From a bacterium (GTDB lineage: Bacteria; Patescibacteriota; Minisyncoccia; Minisyncoccales; CG1-02-41-26): a stretch of DNA of 64,000 nucleotides. The notes under the pieces are model-generated. The model searched no databases. It had not been told where the DNA came from and saw only the letters and a program-made list of their open reading frames with translations. The position numbers were made by a program, and so were the translations under genes. The stretch spans positions 119,051 to 183,050 of the forward strand of contig JAUXAO010000001.1 of the NCBI GenBank assembly GCA_030619905.1, written 5' to 3'. Positions 44,607-53,591 of this stretch are shown one piece after another (position 1 is the first letter of the stretch; each line of letters begins with the position of its first letter).

Positions 44607-45008
44607 ATGTCTAAAAAGATTTTATTGATTGAAGATGATTCCTGTATGATTGATATTTATGAAACAGTTTTGAAAAAAGCTGGTTTTGAGGTTGAGACAT
44701 TAAAATATGGTCATCAAGCTCAAAAAAGGCTGAAGCAGATAAAAGAAGGGAAAAAAGAAAAACCTGATTTAGTTCTTCTAGATCTTGTCTTACCGGATAT
44801 TAATGGGATAGAGATCTTAAAACAAAGCAGAGCAGAAAAAGGAATAGCGGATATTCCTTTTTTTATTTTAACAAATTATACTGATCCTGATTTAGAAAAG
44901 ATAAGTAGGAAACTCAGGGTGGAAAAATATATTCTCAAAACTGATTTTGTTCCTTCCCAGCTAGTTAAAGAGATAAAAGATTGGTTTAAGAAATCTAAAA
45001 AAACTTAG
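44607..45008 (+). CDS. Stand-alone response-regulator receiver domain
   Basis: LIEDD, LVLLDLVLP, LTN, KYILKT; 133 aa. Confidence 0.88.
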   Translation: MSKKILLIEDDSCMIDIYETVLKKAGFEVETLKYGHQAQKRLKQIKEGKKEKPDLVLLDLVLPDINGIEILKQSRAEKGIADIPFFILTNYTDPDLEKISRKLRVEKYILKTDFVPSQLVKEIKDWFKKSKKT

Positions 45009-45097
45009 TTTGTTTTATAAAACAAATTTTAAAGTAGAAGTTTTTGTAGTAGGAACAAAAGCTTTTTTTGATACATCAACTCTGATAAAATAAAAGT

Positions 45098-46534
45098 ATG
45101 ATATCTAAAAGAGATTTCAAAAAATTATCAGAATATTTATGGGAAGTGCCCAAAAGTTTCAGACTGGATATGCAAGTTCCAGCTCGGATTTATGCTTCGG
45201 AAAAAATACTTCAAGCTGTAGAAGAGAGAGCTTTGAATCAGTTAGTAAATATCACTACCCTGCCTGGCATTACGAAATATGCCATAGGAATGCCTGATAT
45301 TCACTCGGGCTATGGTCCACCGATTGGCGGAGTAGGAGCAATGAGATTGTCTGAGGGGATCATTTCTCCCGGTTTTGTAGGATATGATGAAAATTGCGGA
45401 GTCAGATTATTGAAGTCAGAATGCACTGACAAAGAAATTGAAACCCATTTAGATAAATTGGCTAGCGAAATCCAAAAAGAAGTGCCATCTGGTTTAGGAA
45501 AAGGAAGGCAGATAAAATTAAGCATTGAGCAAATTGACAAAATTTTAGAAAAAGGAGTTCCGGAATTAGTGAGTCAAGGATACGGAGAGGAGGAAGATAT
45601 TGAAAATTGCGAAGAAGGAGGAAAAATGCCAGAAGCAGATGCTTCTTGTGTTTCCCAAAGAGCAAGAATGAGGGGGAGAGACCAGGTAGGGACCTTGGGT
45701 AGTGGAAATCATTTTTGTGAACTGCAAAAAGTAGAAGAAATTTATGAGGAAAAAGTAGCTGAAGCTTTTGGATTATTTAAAAATCAGGTTGTGATTATGA
45801 TCCATACAGGCTCAAGAGGTCTCGGCCATCAAAATTGTACAGATTATTTAAAAGTAACAGCCCAGGCTCTAATAAAATACAAAATTGAACTTCCTGACCG
45901 AGAATTAGCCTGTGTTCCTTTTAATTCTTTGGAAGGACAAAGATTTTTTAAAGCAATGTCCGCTGCTTGTAATTTTGCCTGGTCGAATAGACATATGATA
46001 ACTTTTTATGTAAGAAAATCTTGGAAATCAGTTTTAGGAAAAGGAAATTTGAAGCTACTTTATGATGTTGCTCATAATATTGCTAAGATTGAAGAACATG
46101 AAGTTGACGGCCAAAGAATAAAATTGATTGTCCATCGTAAAGGGGCGACAAGAGCCTTTCCTGTAGGTCATCCAGATGTCCCTCAAAAATATAGAGAAGT
46201 TGGTCAGCCTGTTCTGATTCCAGGCACAATGGGTACTGCTTCTTATGTTTGCGTAGGAACAGAGAAGTCAAAAGAAGCATGGTATACAGTAAATCACGGG
46301 GCTGGGCGTACTATGTCACGGCATGCGGCAATGAGGACGGTTAGAGGGGAAGAGGTGGTTAGAAGATTAAAAGAAAAAGGAATTTTAGTTAAATGTCGGT
46401 CAATACGAGGCATTGCTGAAGAAGCGCCGATGGCTTACAAAAATATTGAAGATATCGTTGAGGTCGTACATAATGCTGGTCTCTCAAAAAAAGTCGCTAA
46501 ACTTGTTCCTTTAGCCGTAATAAAAGGAGAATAA
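45098..46534 (+). CDS. rtcB: RNA 3'-phosphate ligase RtcB
   Basis: GYDENCGVR, GSGNHFCE, HTGSRGLGHQ, HNIA, NHGAGR motifs; 478 aa. Confidence 0.96.
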   Translation: MISKRDFKKLSEYLWEVPKSFRLDMQVPARIYASEKILQAVEERALNQLVNITTLPGITKYAIGMPDIHSGYGPPIGGVGAMRLSEGIISPGFVGYDENCGVRLLKSECTDKEIETHLDKLASEIQKEVPSGLGKGRQIKLSIEQIDKILEKGVPELVSQGYGEEEDIENCEEGGKMPEADASCVSQRARMRGRDQVGTLGSGNHFCELQKVEEIYEEKVAEAFGLFKNQVVIMIHTGSRGLGHQNCTDYLKVTAQALIKYKIELPDRELACVPFNSLEGQRFFKAMSAACNFAWSNRHMITFYVRKSWKSVLGKGNLKLLYDVAHNIAKIEEHEVDGQRIKLIVHRKGATRAFPVGHPDVPQKYREVGQPVLIPGTMGTASYVCVGTEKSKEAWYTVNHGAGRTMSRHAAMRTVRGEEVVRRLKEKGILVKCRSIRGIAEEAPMAYKNIEDIVEVVHNAGLSKKVAKLVPLAVIKGE

Positions 46535-46619
46535 AATATACTTTCATAATTACTCATTAAAAACCGCCTGTTTTTTATAGGCAGTTTTTATTTTTAAACT
46601 GTTTTAGCTAGAATATCAA

Positions 46620-48212
46620 CTAAATCTTTTTAATCATATAAGTATCTTTCAATTTATACTTTAATTTTCGATAATATACACGAACTCCTATTCCGGAAAT
46701 CACAGCCACTTTATTTATTTTAAATTCTTCTTTAGCAATTTTTTCCGCTTCCTTTATTAATTTCTTGCCCAAGCCTTTATGCTGAATTGATAGAGATTTT
46801 CCGTCTACCGGCGTCATTTGACCGTAAGTATGAACCTCTCTGATAATAACACTCTTTTTTAAAACCGGAAGGATATAACCGGAGGGAAAGCGGAGGCGTA
46901 AAAGAGCATAAAGTTTCTTTCTTTTTCTGTTCTCAAAACTCAAAAATATTTCTTTTCCGTTGGAAGCCTGATAATCTTCCCGAAAAAGATAAATTTTCTC
47001 ATCGGGTTTGTAATCTTCCCTGACTTCCCTACATCTTATACATTTACATTTTAATCCTTTTTCTTTCATTTTCTCCTGAACTACCTCTCTTAGGTTTGAT
47101 ATCTTAACTCCACCAGCAATGATATCTTTTGAAGGGATATCTCTGATAACTCTTTGGATTCTGCACCAGAATGGAATTTCTTTTTTAATTTCAGTTAAAA
47201 GTTTAATCAATTTTTTTTCAGAATAAGGTTTAAACTTATTTTTTTTGTACAATCTATGTAAAGGTGCTTCTTTGACTAAAGCTAAAGGATAAATTTTTAA
47301 GAGGTCAGGTTGAAAATCAGGGTTGGAAAAAAGCTCTTTAAACATTCTTATATCTCTTTTGAAATTAGAACCCGGTAAATTCGGCATTATTTGGTAAGAA
47401 ACTTTAAATCCAGCATCCTTCAAGAGTTGTGTTGCTTTTATAGTCGCCTTAATATTATGCCCTCTTTTGTTTAGTTTTAAAACATCATCATAAATACTTT
47501 GAACTCCTAATTCTACTCTGGTTATTCCAAGTTTTCTCATTCTTTTAATTTCTTTAAGATCTATATAATCAGGTCTTGTTTCCACAGTAATCCCAATGAT
47601 CCGACACTTTGCCTTTTCATTCTTTTTTTGAAGTTCTTTTAAGTTTTTTGTTTTGATTTTTGAGTTTGATATATATTCATTCACTGTTTTAAAACATTTT
47701 TTTATAAACCAAGTTTGATACTGCTTTGGATAATAACTCCAGGTGCCTCCGATTATTCTTAATTCAATTTTATCTATTGGGTGACCGGTCTTTTCTAAAC
47801 TTTTTAATCTAGTTTGAACTTGAAGGTAAGGATTGAAATTAGTTAAAATTGCTCTTTGAACAGCTGGTTCCCCTTTCAAATAACTTTTTGGAATGCCTTT
47901 TTGACTTGGGCAGTAAATACACTTTCCCGGACATGGATATGGCTTTGTTAAAACCGAGATATTGACAATTCCTGAAAGAGAGCGGATAGGTCTAGTCCGA
48001 AGGAGTCTTTTTAAAAGTTTGTTTTGGATTAGAGTTCTTTCTTCAACCAATTTATGATAAACTTTAAGTAGTTCTACATTGCTTGGACAGAGAATTCCAT
48101 ATTTTTTTGCCATCTTTCTTTTAAAACAATCCAAATCTTCCCGATTTATAGTTCGACTCTTGATTAATTCGTAAATAATTGATTCGATTATTTTTATCCG
48201 TGGCATTCTCAT
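46620..48212 (-). CDS. elp3: Elp3-family radical-SAM / GNAT enzyme (tRNA U34 cm5 modification type)
   Basis: Radical-SAM Cys motif PCPGKCIYCP, TIM-barrel core (RIIGGTW, RVELGVQS), and a C-terminal GNAT with HKGLGKKLIKEAEKIA; 530 aa. Confidence 0.9.
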   Translation of the reverse strand: MRMPRIKIIESIIYELIKSRTINREDLDCFKRKMAKKYGILCPSNVELLKVYHKLVEERTLIQNKLLKRLLRTRPIRSLSGIVNISVLTKPYPCPGKCIYCPSQKGIPKSYLKGEPAVQRAILTNFNPYLQVQTRLKSLEKTGHPIDKIELRIIGGTWSYYPKQYQTWFIKKCFKTVNEYISNSKIKTKNLKELQKKNEKAKCRIIGITVETRPDYIDLKEIKRMRKLGITRVELGVQSIYDDVLKLNKRGHNIKATIKATQLLKDAGFKVSYQIMPNLPGSNFKRDIRMFKELFSNPDFQPDLLKIYPLALVKEAPLHRLYKKNKFKPYSEKKLIKLLTEIKKEIPFWCRIQRVIRDIPSKDIIAGGVKISNLREVVQEKMKEKGLKCKCIRCREVREDYKPDEKIYLFREDYQASNGKEIFLSFENRKRKKLYALLRLRFPSGYILPVLKKSVIIREVHTYGQMTPVDGKSLSIQHKGLGKKLIKEAEKIAKEEFKINKVAVISGIGVRVYYRKLKYKLKDTYMIKKI

Positions 48213-48234
48213 ATTATTCGTAGATTGATATTAT

Positions 48235-48921
48235 ATGAAGCAGAAATACGCCGAACAGTTATTAAAAAAAACCAAAGAGGGATATGATAAGATTGCCGAG
48301 GAGTTTTCAACAACCAGAGAAGAAGTTTGGGAGGAAATGAATTTTCTTTTTGATGATTATGTAATACCAGGCGATAAGATTTTAGATTTGGGTTGCGGCA
48401 ATGGCCGTTTTTTTGAACTTTTAGAAGACAAAGATGTTAATTACATTGGGGTCGATTTTTCCGAAAAGTTGATTGAGATTGCGAAAAAGAAATATCCAAA
48501 AGTGAAATTTCAAGTAGCTGATGCTTTAGACTTACCTTTTCCTAATAATTATTTTGATAAAATCTACAGTATTGCTGTTTTACATCACATTCCTTCAAAA
48601 GAACTCCGGCTGCAGTTTTTAAAAGAAGCTCGAAGAGTTTTGAAACCAGATGGTTTTTTAATTTTAACAGCTTGGAAGCTAAAATCCAAGAAAGACTGGA
48701 ACTTGTTTTTAAAATACACAATCCTGAAATTAATTGGTAAATTAGAGCGAGGAGATGTTTTTCAACCTTGGGGTAAAAAAACGGAGAGGTACTTTCATCT
48801 TTTTTCTGAAGAAGAATTGATGGATTTAGCAAAAGAAGTCAAGTTTAAGATTATAAAAGAAGGAATTGTAACAAATGAAAAAGGAAACCGCAGAAATATT
48901 TATTTAGTAGTTGAGAAGTGA
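48235..48921 (+). CDS. Class I SAM-dependent methyltransferase, Trm9/ALKBH8-MT-like
   Basis: Motif I ILDLGCGNGRF, then SIAVLHHIPSKELRLQFLKEARRVLKPDGFLILTAW and DVFQPWGKKTERYFHLFSEEEL, which resemble Trm9 signature regions. Divergent from elp3. Confidence 0.65.
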   Translation: MKQKYAEQLLKKTKEGYDKIAEEFSTTREEVWEEMNFLFDDYVIPGDKILDLGCGNGRFFELLEDKDVNYIGVDFSEKLIEIAKKKYPKVKFQVADALDLPFPNNYFDKIYSIAVLHHIPSKELRLQFLKEARRVLKPDGFLILTAWKLKSKKDWNLFLKYTILKLIGKLERGDVFQPWGKKTERYFHLFSEEELMDLAKEVKFKIIKEGIVTNEKGNRRNIYLVVEK

Positions 48922-48933
48922 GCAAATAATTTG

Positions 48934-49005
48934 GCCCTTGTAGTTCAACGGACAGAACATAGTCCTCCGGAGACTGAGATGGAAGTTCGATTCTTCCCAG
49001 GGGCA
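48934..49005 (+). tRNA. tRNA-Arg (anticodon CCG)
   Basis: Manual cloverleaf: acceptor GCCCTTG/CAGGGGC, D-arm GTTC-AACGGACA-GAAC, anticodon arm TAGTC-CTCCGGA-GACTG, T-arm GGAAG-TTCGATT-CTTCC, discriminator A. CCA is not encoded. Confidence 0.88.
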
Positions 49006-49039
49006 TCCAAAACAAATATTATAAAATTATTATATTTTT

Positions 49040-50842
49040 ATGTGTGGAATAGTTGGTTACATAGGTAAAAGAGAAGCTTTTCCAATCTTATTATCAGGAC
49101 TAAAACGGCTTTTGTACAGAGGATATGACAGCTATGGTTTTGCTTTGATAAACAATGGAAAAGAGATAGTTTGTTTTAAAAAACCAGGGAAATTAGATAA
49201 CTGGGAATCAAGATTATTAAAGATGAAATTTGAAGGGAAGATTGGCATCGCTCATAGTCGCTGGTCAACGCATGGAGAACCGTCTGAACTCAATGCTCAT
49301 CCCCACTGGGACTGTCAGAAAAATATCTACTTGGTTCATAATGGAATAATTGAAAATTACCAAACTTTGAAAAGTATTTTAGAGAAAGAAGGGCATAAAA
49401 TAATTTCTGAGACGGACACAGAAATTATAGTCCATCTGATAGAAAAGTTTTATAAAGGCAATCTCGAAAGAGCAGTGATGGAAGCATTAAAACTTTTAGA
49501 AGGAGCATATGGTCTAGCTGTAGTTCATAAAAATCAAAATAGGATCATAGCAGCTAGAAAAGGTTCACCTTTGATCATAGGTATTGGCAAAGGAGAGATG
49601 TTTGTAGCTTCTGATGCAGCCGCAATTTTGAAACATACGAAGAAAGTTGTTTATCTAAAAGATGGAGAAGTAGCCAATATTACTGCAAACAAATTCCGGG
49701 TTAGAAATTTAGACGGGAAAAAAGTTGAGAAAGAAGTTGAAGAGATTAAATGGACTCTGGGCCAGATAGAAAAAAAAGGATTTAAACATTTTATGCTCAA
49801 AGAGATATTTGAACAACCGGAGTCATTGGAAAATGCTCTCCGGGGGCGGCTCAAGCAGTCTAAGATAAAATTATCTTTAGATATTGATATAAATTCCATC
49901 AAGAGAATTATCGTAGTATCTTGTGGAACAAGTTGGCATTCAGCTCTTATTACTAAACATTTAATAGAAGGTTTTACTAGAATTCCTGTCGAAGTGGATT
50001 ATGCCTCGGAGTTTAGATATAGAAGACCAGTGGTAAAAAAAGGAGATTTGGTGGTTGGAATCTCTCAATCAGGAGAGACTGCTGATACTCTCGGGGCGAT
50101 GAGAGAAGCAAAGGCAAGAGGAGCTAAGACATTAGGGATAATAAATGTAGTTGGTTCAACTATTTCTAGAGAAGTGGATTCAGGTATATTTTTACATGCT
50201 GGTCCGGAGATAGGAGTGGCTTCTACCAAGGCCTTTACTTCTCAATTGATGACCTTGTCTCTTTTGGCTTTATATATTCAGCAGGAGAGAGGGAACAAGG
50301 TAAACAGGGAGATTTTAAGAGAATTAAAGAATATTCCTTCAAAAGTTGAAAAGATTCTTGAAAATACTAGAGCTATAAAAAAAATAGCCAAAAAATTCAA
50401 AGACAGCAAGGGGTTTCTTTATTTGGGAAGAGGAGTCAATTTCCCAATTGCCTTAGAAGGTGCTTTAAAATTGAAAGAAATTTCTTATATCCATGCCGAA
50501 GGATATCCTGCTGGTGAAATGAAACACGGTCCTATTGCTTTGATTGACAAAAATATGCCGGTTCTATTCTTAGCCACTAAAAGTTGTACATATGATAAAA
50601 TCATGAGCAATATTCAGGAAATTAAAGCCAGGAAAGGGAAGGTGATTGCTGTGGTCAATAGAAATGATAAAAGAATTAGGAAAATTGCTGATTATATTAT
50701 TGAAGTTCCTAAGACAGAGGAATATTTGTCCCCGATATTAAATACCATTTCCTTGCAACTTTTGGCTTACCACATTGCTGATTTGAGAGGGATAGACCCA
50801 GATTACCCGAGGCACCTAGCCAAAAGCGTAACATGCGAGTAA
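49040..50842 (+). CDS. glmS: Glutamine--fructose-6-phosphate aminotransferase
   Basis: MCGIVGY N-terminal nucleophile, two SIS domains (SQSGETADT), and a C-terminal AKSVTCE; 600 aa. Confidence 0.97.
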   Translation: MCGIVGYIGKREAFPILLSGLKRLLYRGYDSYGFALINNGKEIVCFKKPGKLDNWESRLLKMKFEGKIGIAHSRWSTHGEPSELNAHPHWDCQKNIYLVHNGIIENYQTLKSILEKEGHKIISETDTEIIVHLIEKFYKGNLERAVMEALKLLEGAYGLAVVHKNQNRIIAARKGSPLIIGIGKGEMFVASDAAAILKHTKKVVYLKDGEVANITANKFRVRNLDGKKVEKEVEEIKWTLGQIEKKGFKHFMLKEIFEQPESLENALRGRLKQSKIKLSLDIDINSIKRIIVVSCGTSWHSALITKHLIEGFTRIPVEVDYASEFRYRRPVVKKGDLVVGISQSGETADTLGAMREAKARGAKTLGIINVVGSTISREVDSGIFLHAGPEIGVASTKAFTSQLMTLSLLALYIQQERGNKVNREILRELKNIPSKVEKILENTRAIKKIAKKFKDSKGFLYLGRGVNFPIALEGALKLKEISYIHAEGYPAGEMKHGPIALIDKNMPVLFLATKSCTYDKIMSNIQEIKARKGKVIAVVNRNDKRIRKIADYIIEVPKTEEYLSPILNTISLQLLAYHIADLRGIDPDYPRHLAKSVTCE

Positions 50843-50868
50843 AACGAACCTAATCTTATTAACATTTT

Positions 50869-52347
50869 ATGGAAATTAAATTTATTGCGGGCATCAAAAA
50901 AGGCAATGCAAAAGGTACCGGTTTTTTCTATATCCCTGAAGAGAGATCAACTCTATTAAGTCTAGGCGTAAGAGTGAATGTAAAGTTGCTCAATAGTCTC
51001 TATTTCTTCGCTAAAGTAATAAAGTATGGTAATAGATTAGGTATATATGTGCCCAAACGCCCTATGGAGGAAAACAATCTATTAGATAAAAATGTTAAGA
51101 TTCAGATAAATGAGATCGATGGATTTTATTCAAAAATGTGTTCCGATGGCAGGATATATCTTCCTCAAGATATCGTCAAAAAACAAAAAATTGAGCGAAA
51201 CGAGATTATTTTAATCAGGGGAATAAAAAATGATAAAGTTATTAGGAAAAAATATTCTAAAGTACAAATTACTAATAGAGAGAAGAGACATCAGATGGAG
51301 TATACTTGTGTTTTTGACAAGAAATTTTATGGTAAAAATCTTATATTCAAAGTTGAAAATAAAACACCAAAAAATTGGAAGCCAAAGTTCAACATAAATA
51401 TAATAGATACCTCTTTAGAAAAAATGCATTATGGATTTATTGACAGAAATTTATCAATCGCTTTTTACGGAAGTAAAATTCCAGTAATTGTGAGTAATAA
51501 GTTTAAATATTCTGATATAGCATTTTATTTAGGAGCATATTTCTCAGACGGGACGAAAATAGGAAATAGTTGGGCAATTTGTGCTTCTACTTTTAAACAA
51601 GCAAAATATTATTGGGAAATACACAATTTGTTAATTAAAGATTCAAAACCAGAATTTACAATCTCTTATACAAATATTTATAATGTTGGTTATGATGAAA
51701 TTATAGAAAGGTTAACCAATAAATGGGCAGATAAAACCGGTATTAAAATACAAAAATTTAGGATAAGAAAAACAACTGGGACGATTCTTACTAAATGGAA
51801 TAAATATGGAACTTTAATTATTAGGGAATCTAGACAAATTTTATTAGATTTTTATAATAGTTTATTAAAATCTCTAATAAGAGAAATTTTATCAAAGAGA
51901 AATAAAAGATTAGCTTTTGACTTTATTTGTGGTGTGATGGAAGGAGATGGAGGTATACCCTCTAAAACACACGGACATATATTGATTCATACCAATAAAG
52001 AAGAAGCTTATATTTTAGGATCCATTTTAAGAGTGGCGGATATAAAATTTAAATTAGGTAAAAATGGTGAAAATAAATATTTTTTAAGGATTGGTTCGCT
52101 TGAAGTATTAAGGAATTTCCACCTCTTAAAAGATAAAATTTTTGAGTTATATCCTAGACGAAGAAAAGACTTCTTTGAACGATTTAAAAAGGTGGGAGCA
52201 GTAAAGTTCTTAGGTGGGAATCACCAATCTACTAATTGGGTAAAAGCCTGGCTCAGAGAAAATGGTTTTGCTGATAGAAATTATAAGATTACAGAAAAAG
52301 GTTTGAGGATACATTATTATATCCAAAATTATGTTACAACAAGATAA
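50869..52347 (+). CDS. Free-standing LAGLIDADG endonuclease-family protein with N-terminal AbrB/SpoVT-like segments
   Basis: LAGLIDADG motifs FYLGAYFSDGTK and FICGVMEGDGGI. N-terminal GNRLGIYVPKRPMEEN and DGRIYLPQDIVKKQKIERNEIILI resemble looped-hinge-helix DNA binders. Confidence 0.75.
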   Translation: MEIKFIAGIKKGNAKGTGFFYIPEERSTLLSLGVRVNVKLLNSLYFFAKVIKYGNRLGIYVPKRPMEENNLLDKNVKIQINEIDGFYSKMCSDGRIYLPQDIVKKQKIERNEIILIRGIKNDKVIRKKYSKVQITNREKRHQMEYTCVFDKKFYGKNLIFKVENKTPKNWKPKFNINIIDTSLEKMHYGFIDRNLSIAFYGSKIPVIVSNKFKYSDIAFYLGAYFSDGTKIGNSWAICASTFKQAKYYWEIHNLLIKDSKPEFTISYTNIYNVGYDEIIERLTNKWADKTGIKIQKFRIRKTTGTILTKWNKYGTLIIRESRQILLDFYNSLLKSLIREILSKRNKRLAFDFICGVMEGDGGIPSKTHGHILIHTNKEEAYILGSILRVADIKFKLGKNGENKYFLRIGSLEVLRNFHLLKDKIFELYPRRRKDFFERFKKVGAVKFLGGNHQSTNWVKAWLRENGFADRNYKITEKGLRIHYYIQNYVTTR

Positions 52348-52351
52348 AGCA

Positions 52352-52684
52352 ATGGAAATTAAAATTAATAAAATTTCAGGTAATGGTTTTAAATTCCTGA
52401 TCTTAGAAAAAGATAAGGAAGTTGGCATAGCCCGCCTTTATGTTTTAAAAAACGATTTTCATCCAGAACCTTTTGGTTTTATTGAGTACGTTCATATTAA
52501 GGAAGAATGTCGAGGTAAAGGATATGGCAGTAAGCTCGTGAATCTTTTAATTGAAAAGGCAAAAGAGAATAAATGTTATAAATTAATTTGTACCAGCCGT
52601 TTTACCAGACCAGAGGTTCATAATTTCTATAAGAAATTAGGTTTTAATAAATATGGTTATGAGTTTAGGATAGATTTTAAATAA
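52352..52684 (+). CDS. GNAT-family N-acetyltransferase
   Basis: Acetyl-CoA motif ECRGKGYGSKLVNLLIEKAKE and C-terminal FYKKLGF. I prefer ATG 52352 (MEIKINK) over the track start 52331, which overlaps the upstream gene. Confidence 0.8.
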   Translation: MEIKINKISGNGFKFLILEKDKEVGIARLYVLKNDFHPEPFGFIEYVHIKEECRGKGYGSKLVNLLIEKAKENKCYKLICTSRFTRPEVHNFYKKLGFNKYGYEFRIDFK

Positions 52685-52702
52685 ATATGCTATAATTAAA
52701 AT

Positions 52703-53269
52703 ATGAGAAATAAAACAAAATACAAAATAGTAGTTTCTGGGGCGGCAGATGTTGCTCATTGCTGTCCAGACATAAAGGAATTATCCAAGGAAATCGGCAG
52801 AGAGATTGTCAGGCAGGGTTGCGTTCTTCTTACAGGGGCTACTACTGGTGCTCCATATTTTTCTGCCCAAGGCTGCAAAGAAGAGGGAGGAATGAGTATC
52901 GGCTTTTCCCCAGCTAATAGCGAAAAAGAGCATCTAAAAGTATATCATCTTCCGACTGATCAGTTTGATCTAATTATCTACACGGGCTTTGATTATGTAG
53001 GGAGGAATTTAATACTGACTAAGGCGGCTGACGGAGTAATCATTGTTTGCGGCAGAACAGGAACCTTAAATGAATTTACGGTTGCTTTTGAAAGTAAAAT
53101 GCCCATAGGGGTTTTAAAAGGTTCTGGAGGGACAGCTGATCTGATAGACGAAGTTTTAAAAAGAGGGTACCGGCCCAAGAAGAAAATTGTTTCTGATACT
53201 AATCCTAAAAAATTAGTCCAAAAATTAATTTCTTTAATAGAAAAAGAAAAAAAGTCGAATAACAAATAA
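52703..53269 (+). CDS. LOG/TIGR00725-like Rossmann-fold protein
   Basis: KIVVSGAADV..LLTGATTGAPYFSAQG..GGMSIGFSP..GGTADLI pattern typical of the LOG/lysine-decarboxylase-like family. Confidence 0.55.
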   Translation: MRNKTKYKIVVSGAADVAHCCPDIKELSKEIGREIVRQGCVLLTGATTGAPYFSAQGCKEEGGMSIGFSPANSEKEHLKVYHLPTDQFDLIIYTGFDYVGRNLILTKAADGVIIVCGRTGTLNEFTVAFESKMPIGVLKGSGGTADLIDEVLKRGYRPKKKIVSDTNPKKLVQKLISLIEKEKKSNNK

Positions 53270-53300
53270 TTAATTATTAATAAATCAATTATTAATTAAT

Positions 53301-53564
53301 ATGCCGGAAATAGAGGAAGGAAAATTAATCGGCAAAGTTACTCATTATTTTGATAAAATTAAGGTAGCAATTATTGAACTAGATGGGCCTTTAAACGTTG
53401 GAGACAAGATCAGGATTATCGGAGGGGAATCAACCGACTTTGATCAGATTGTAGAATCAATGGAAATTGAACACGAGAAGATTAAAAAAGGAAAAAAAGG
53501 AGATTCAGTTGGTGTTGAAACAAAAGAAAAAGTTAGAGAAGGGTATAAAGTTTATAAAATATAA
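53301..53564 (+). CDS. Small beta-barrel protein (EF-Tu domain-2-like fold family, function unknown)
   Basis: GKVTHYFDKIKVAIIEL..LNVGDKIRIIG..KGDSVGVE pattern; 87 aa. Confidence 0.45.
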   Translation: MPEIEEGKLIGKVTHYFDKIKVAIIELDGPLNVGDKIRIIGGESTDFDQIVESMEIEHEKIKKGKKGDSVGVETKEKVREGYKVYKI

Positions 53565-53591
53565 AAAGGATAAAATTATCTAAGCTAAGCA

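Noticed and set aside
46535-46619. Terminator between convergent rtcB and elp3
   Set aside because: Only a 4-bp stem (gcct/aggc) precedes the T-run, too weak to call.
49006-49039. glmS ribozyme upstream of glmS
   Set aside because: Only 34 nt separate the tRNA from the glmS start codon, too short for the ~170-nt ribozyme.
49040-52347. Intein in GlmS, or an intron-encoded context for the LAGLIDADG ORF
   Set aside because: GlmS is contiguous at normal length (600 aa) with intact N- and C-terminal signatures. The LAGLIDADG ORF has its own start 26 nt after the glmS stop and shows no Cys/Ser...HN splice-junction context.
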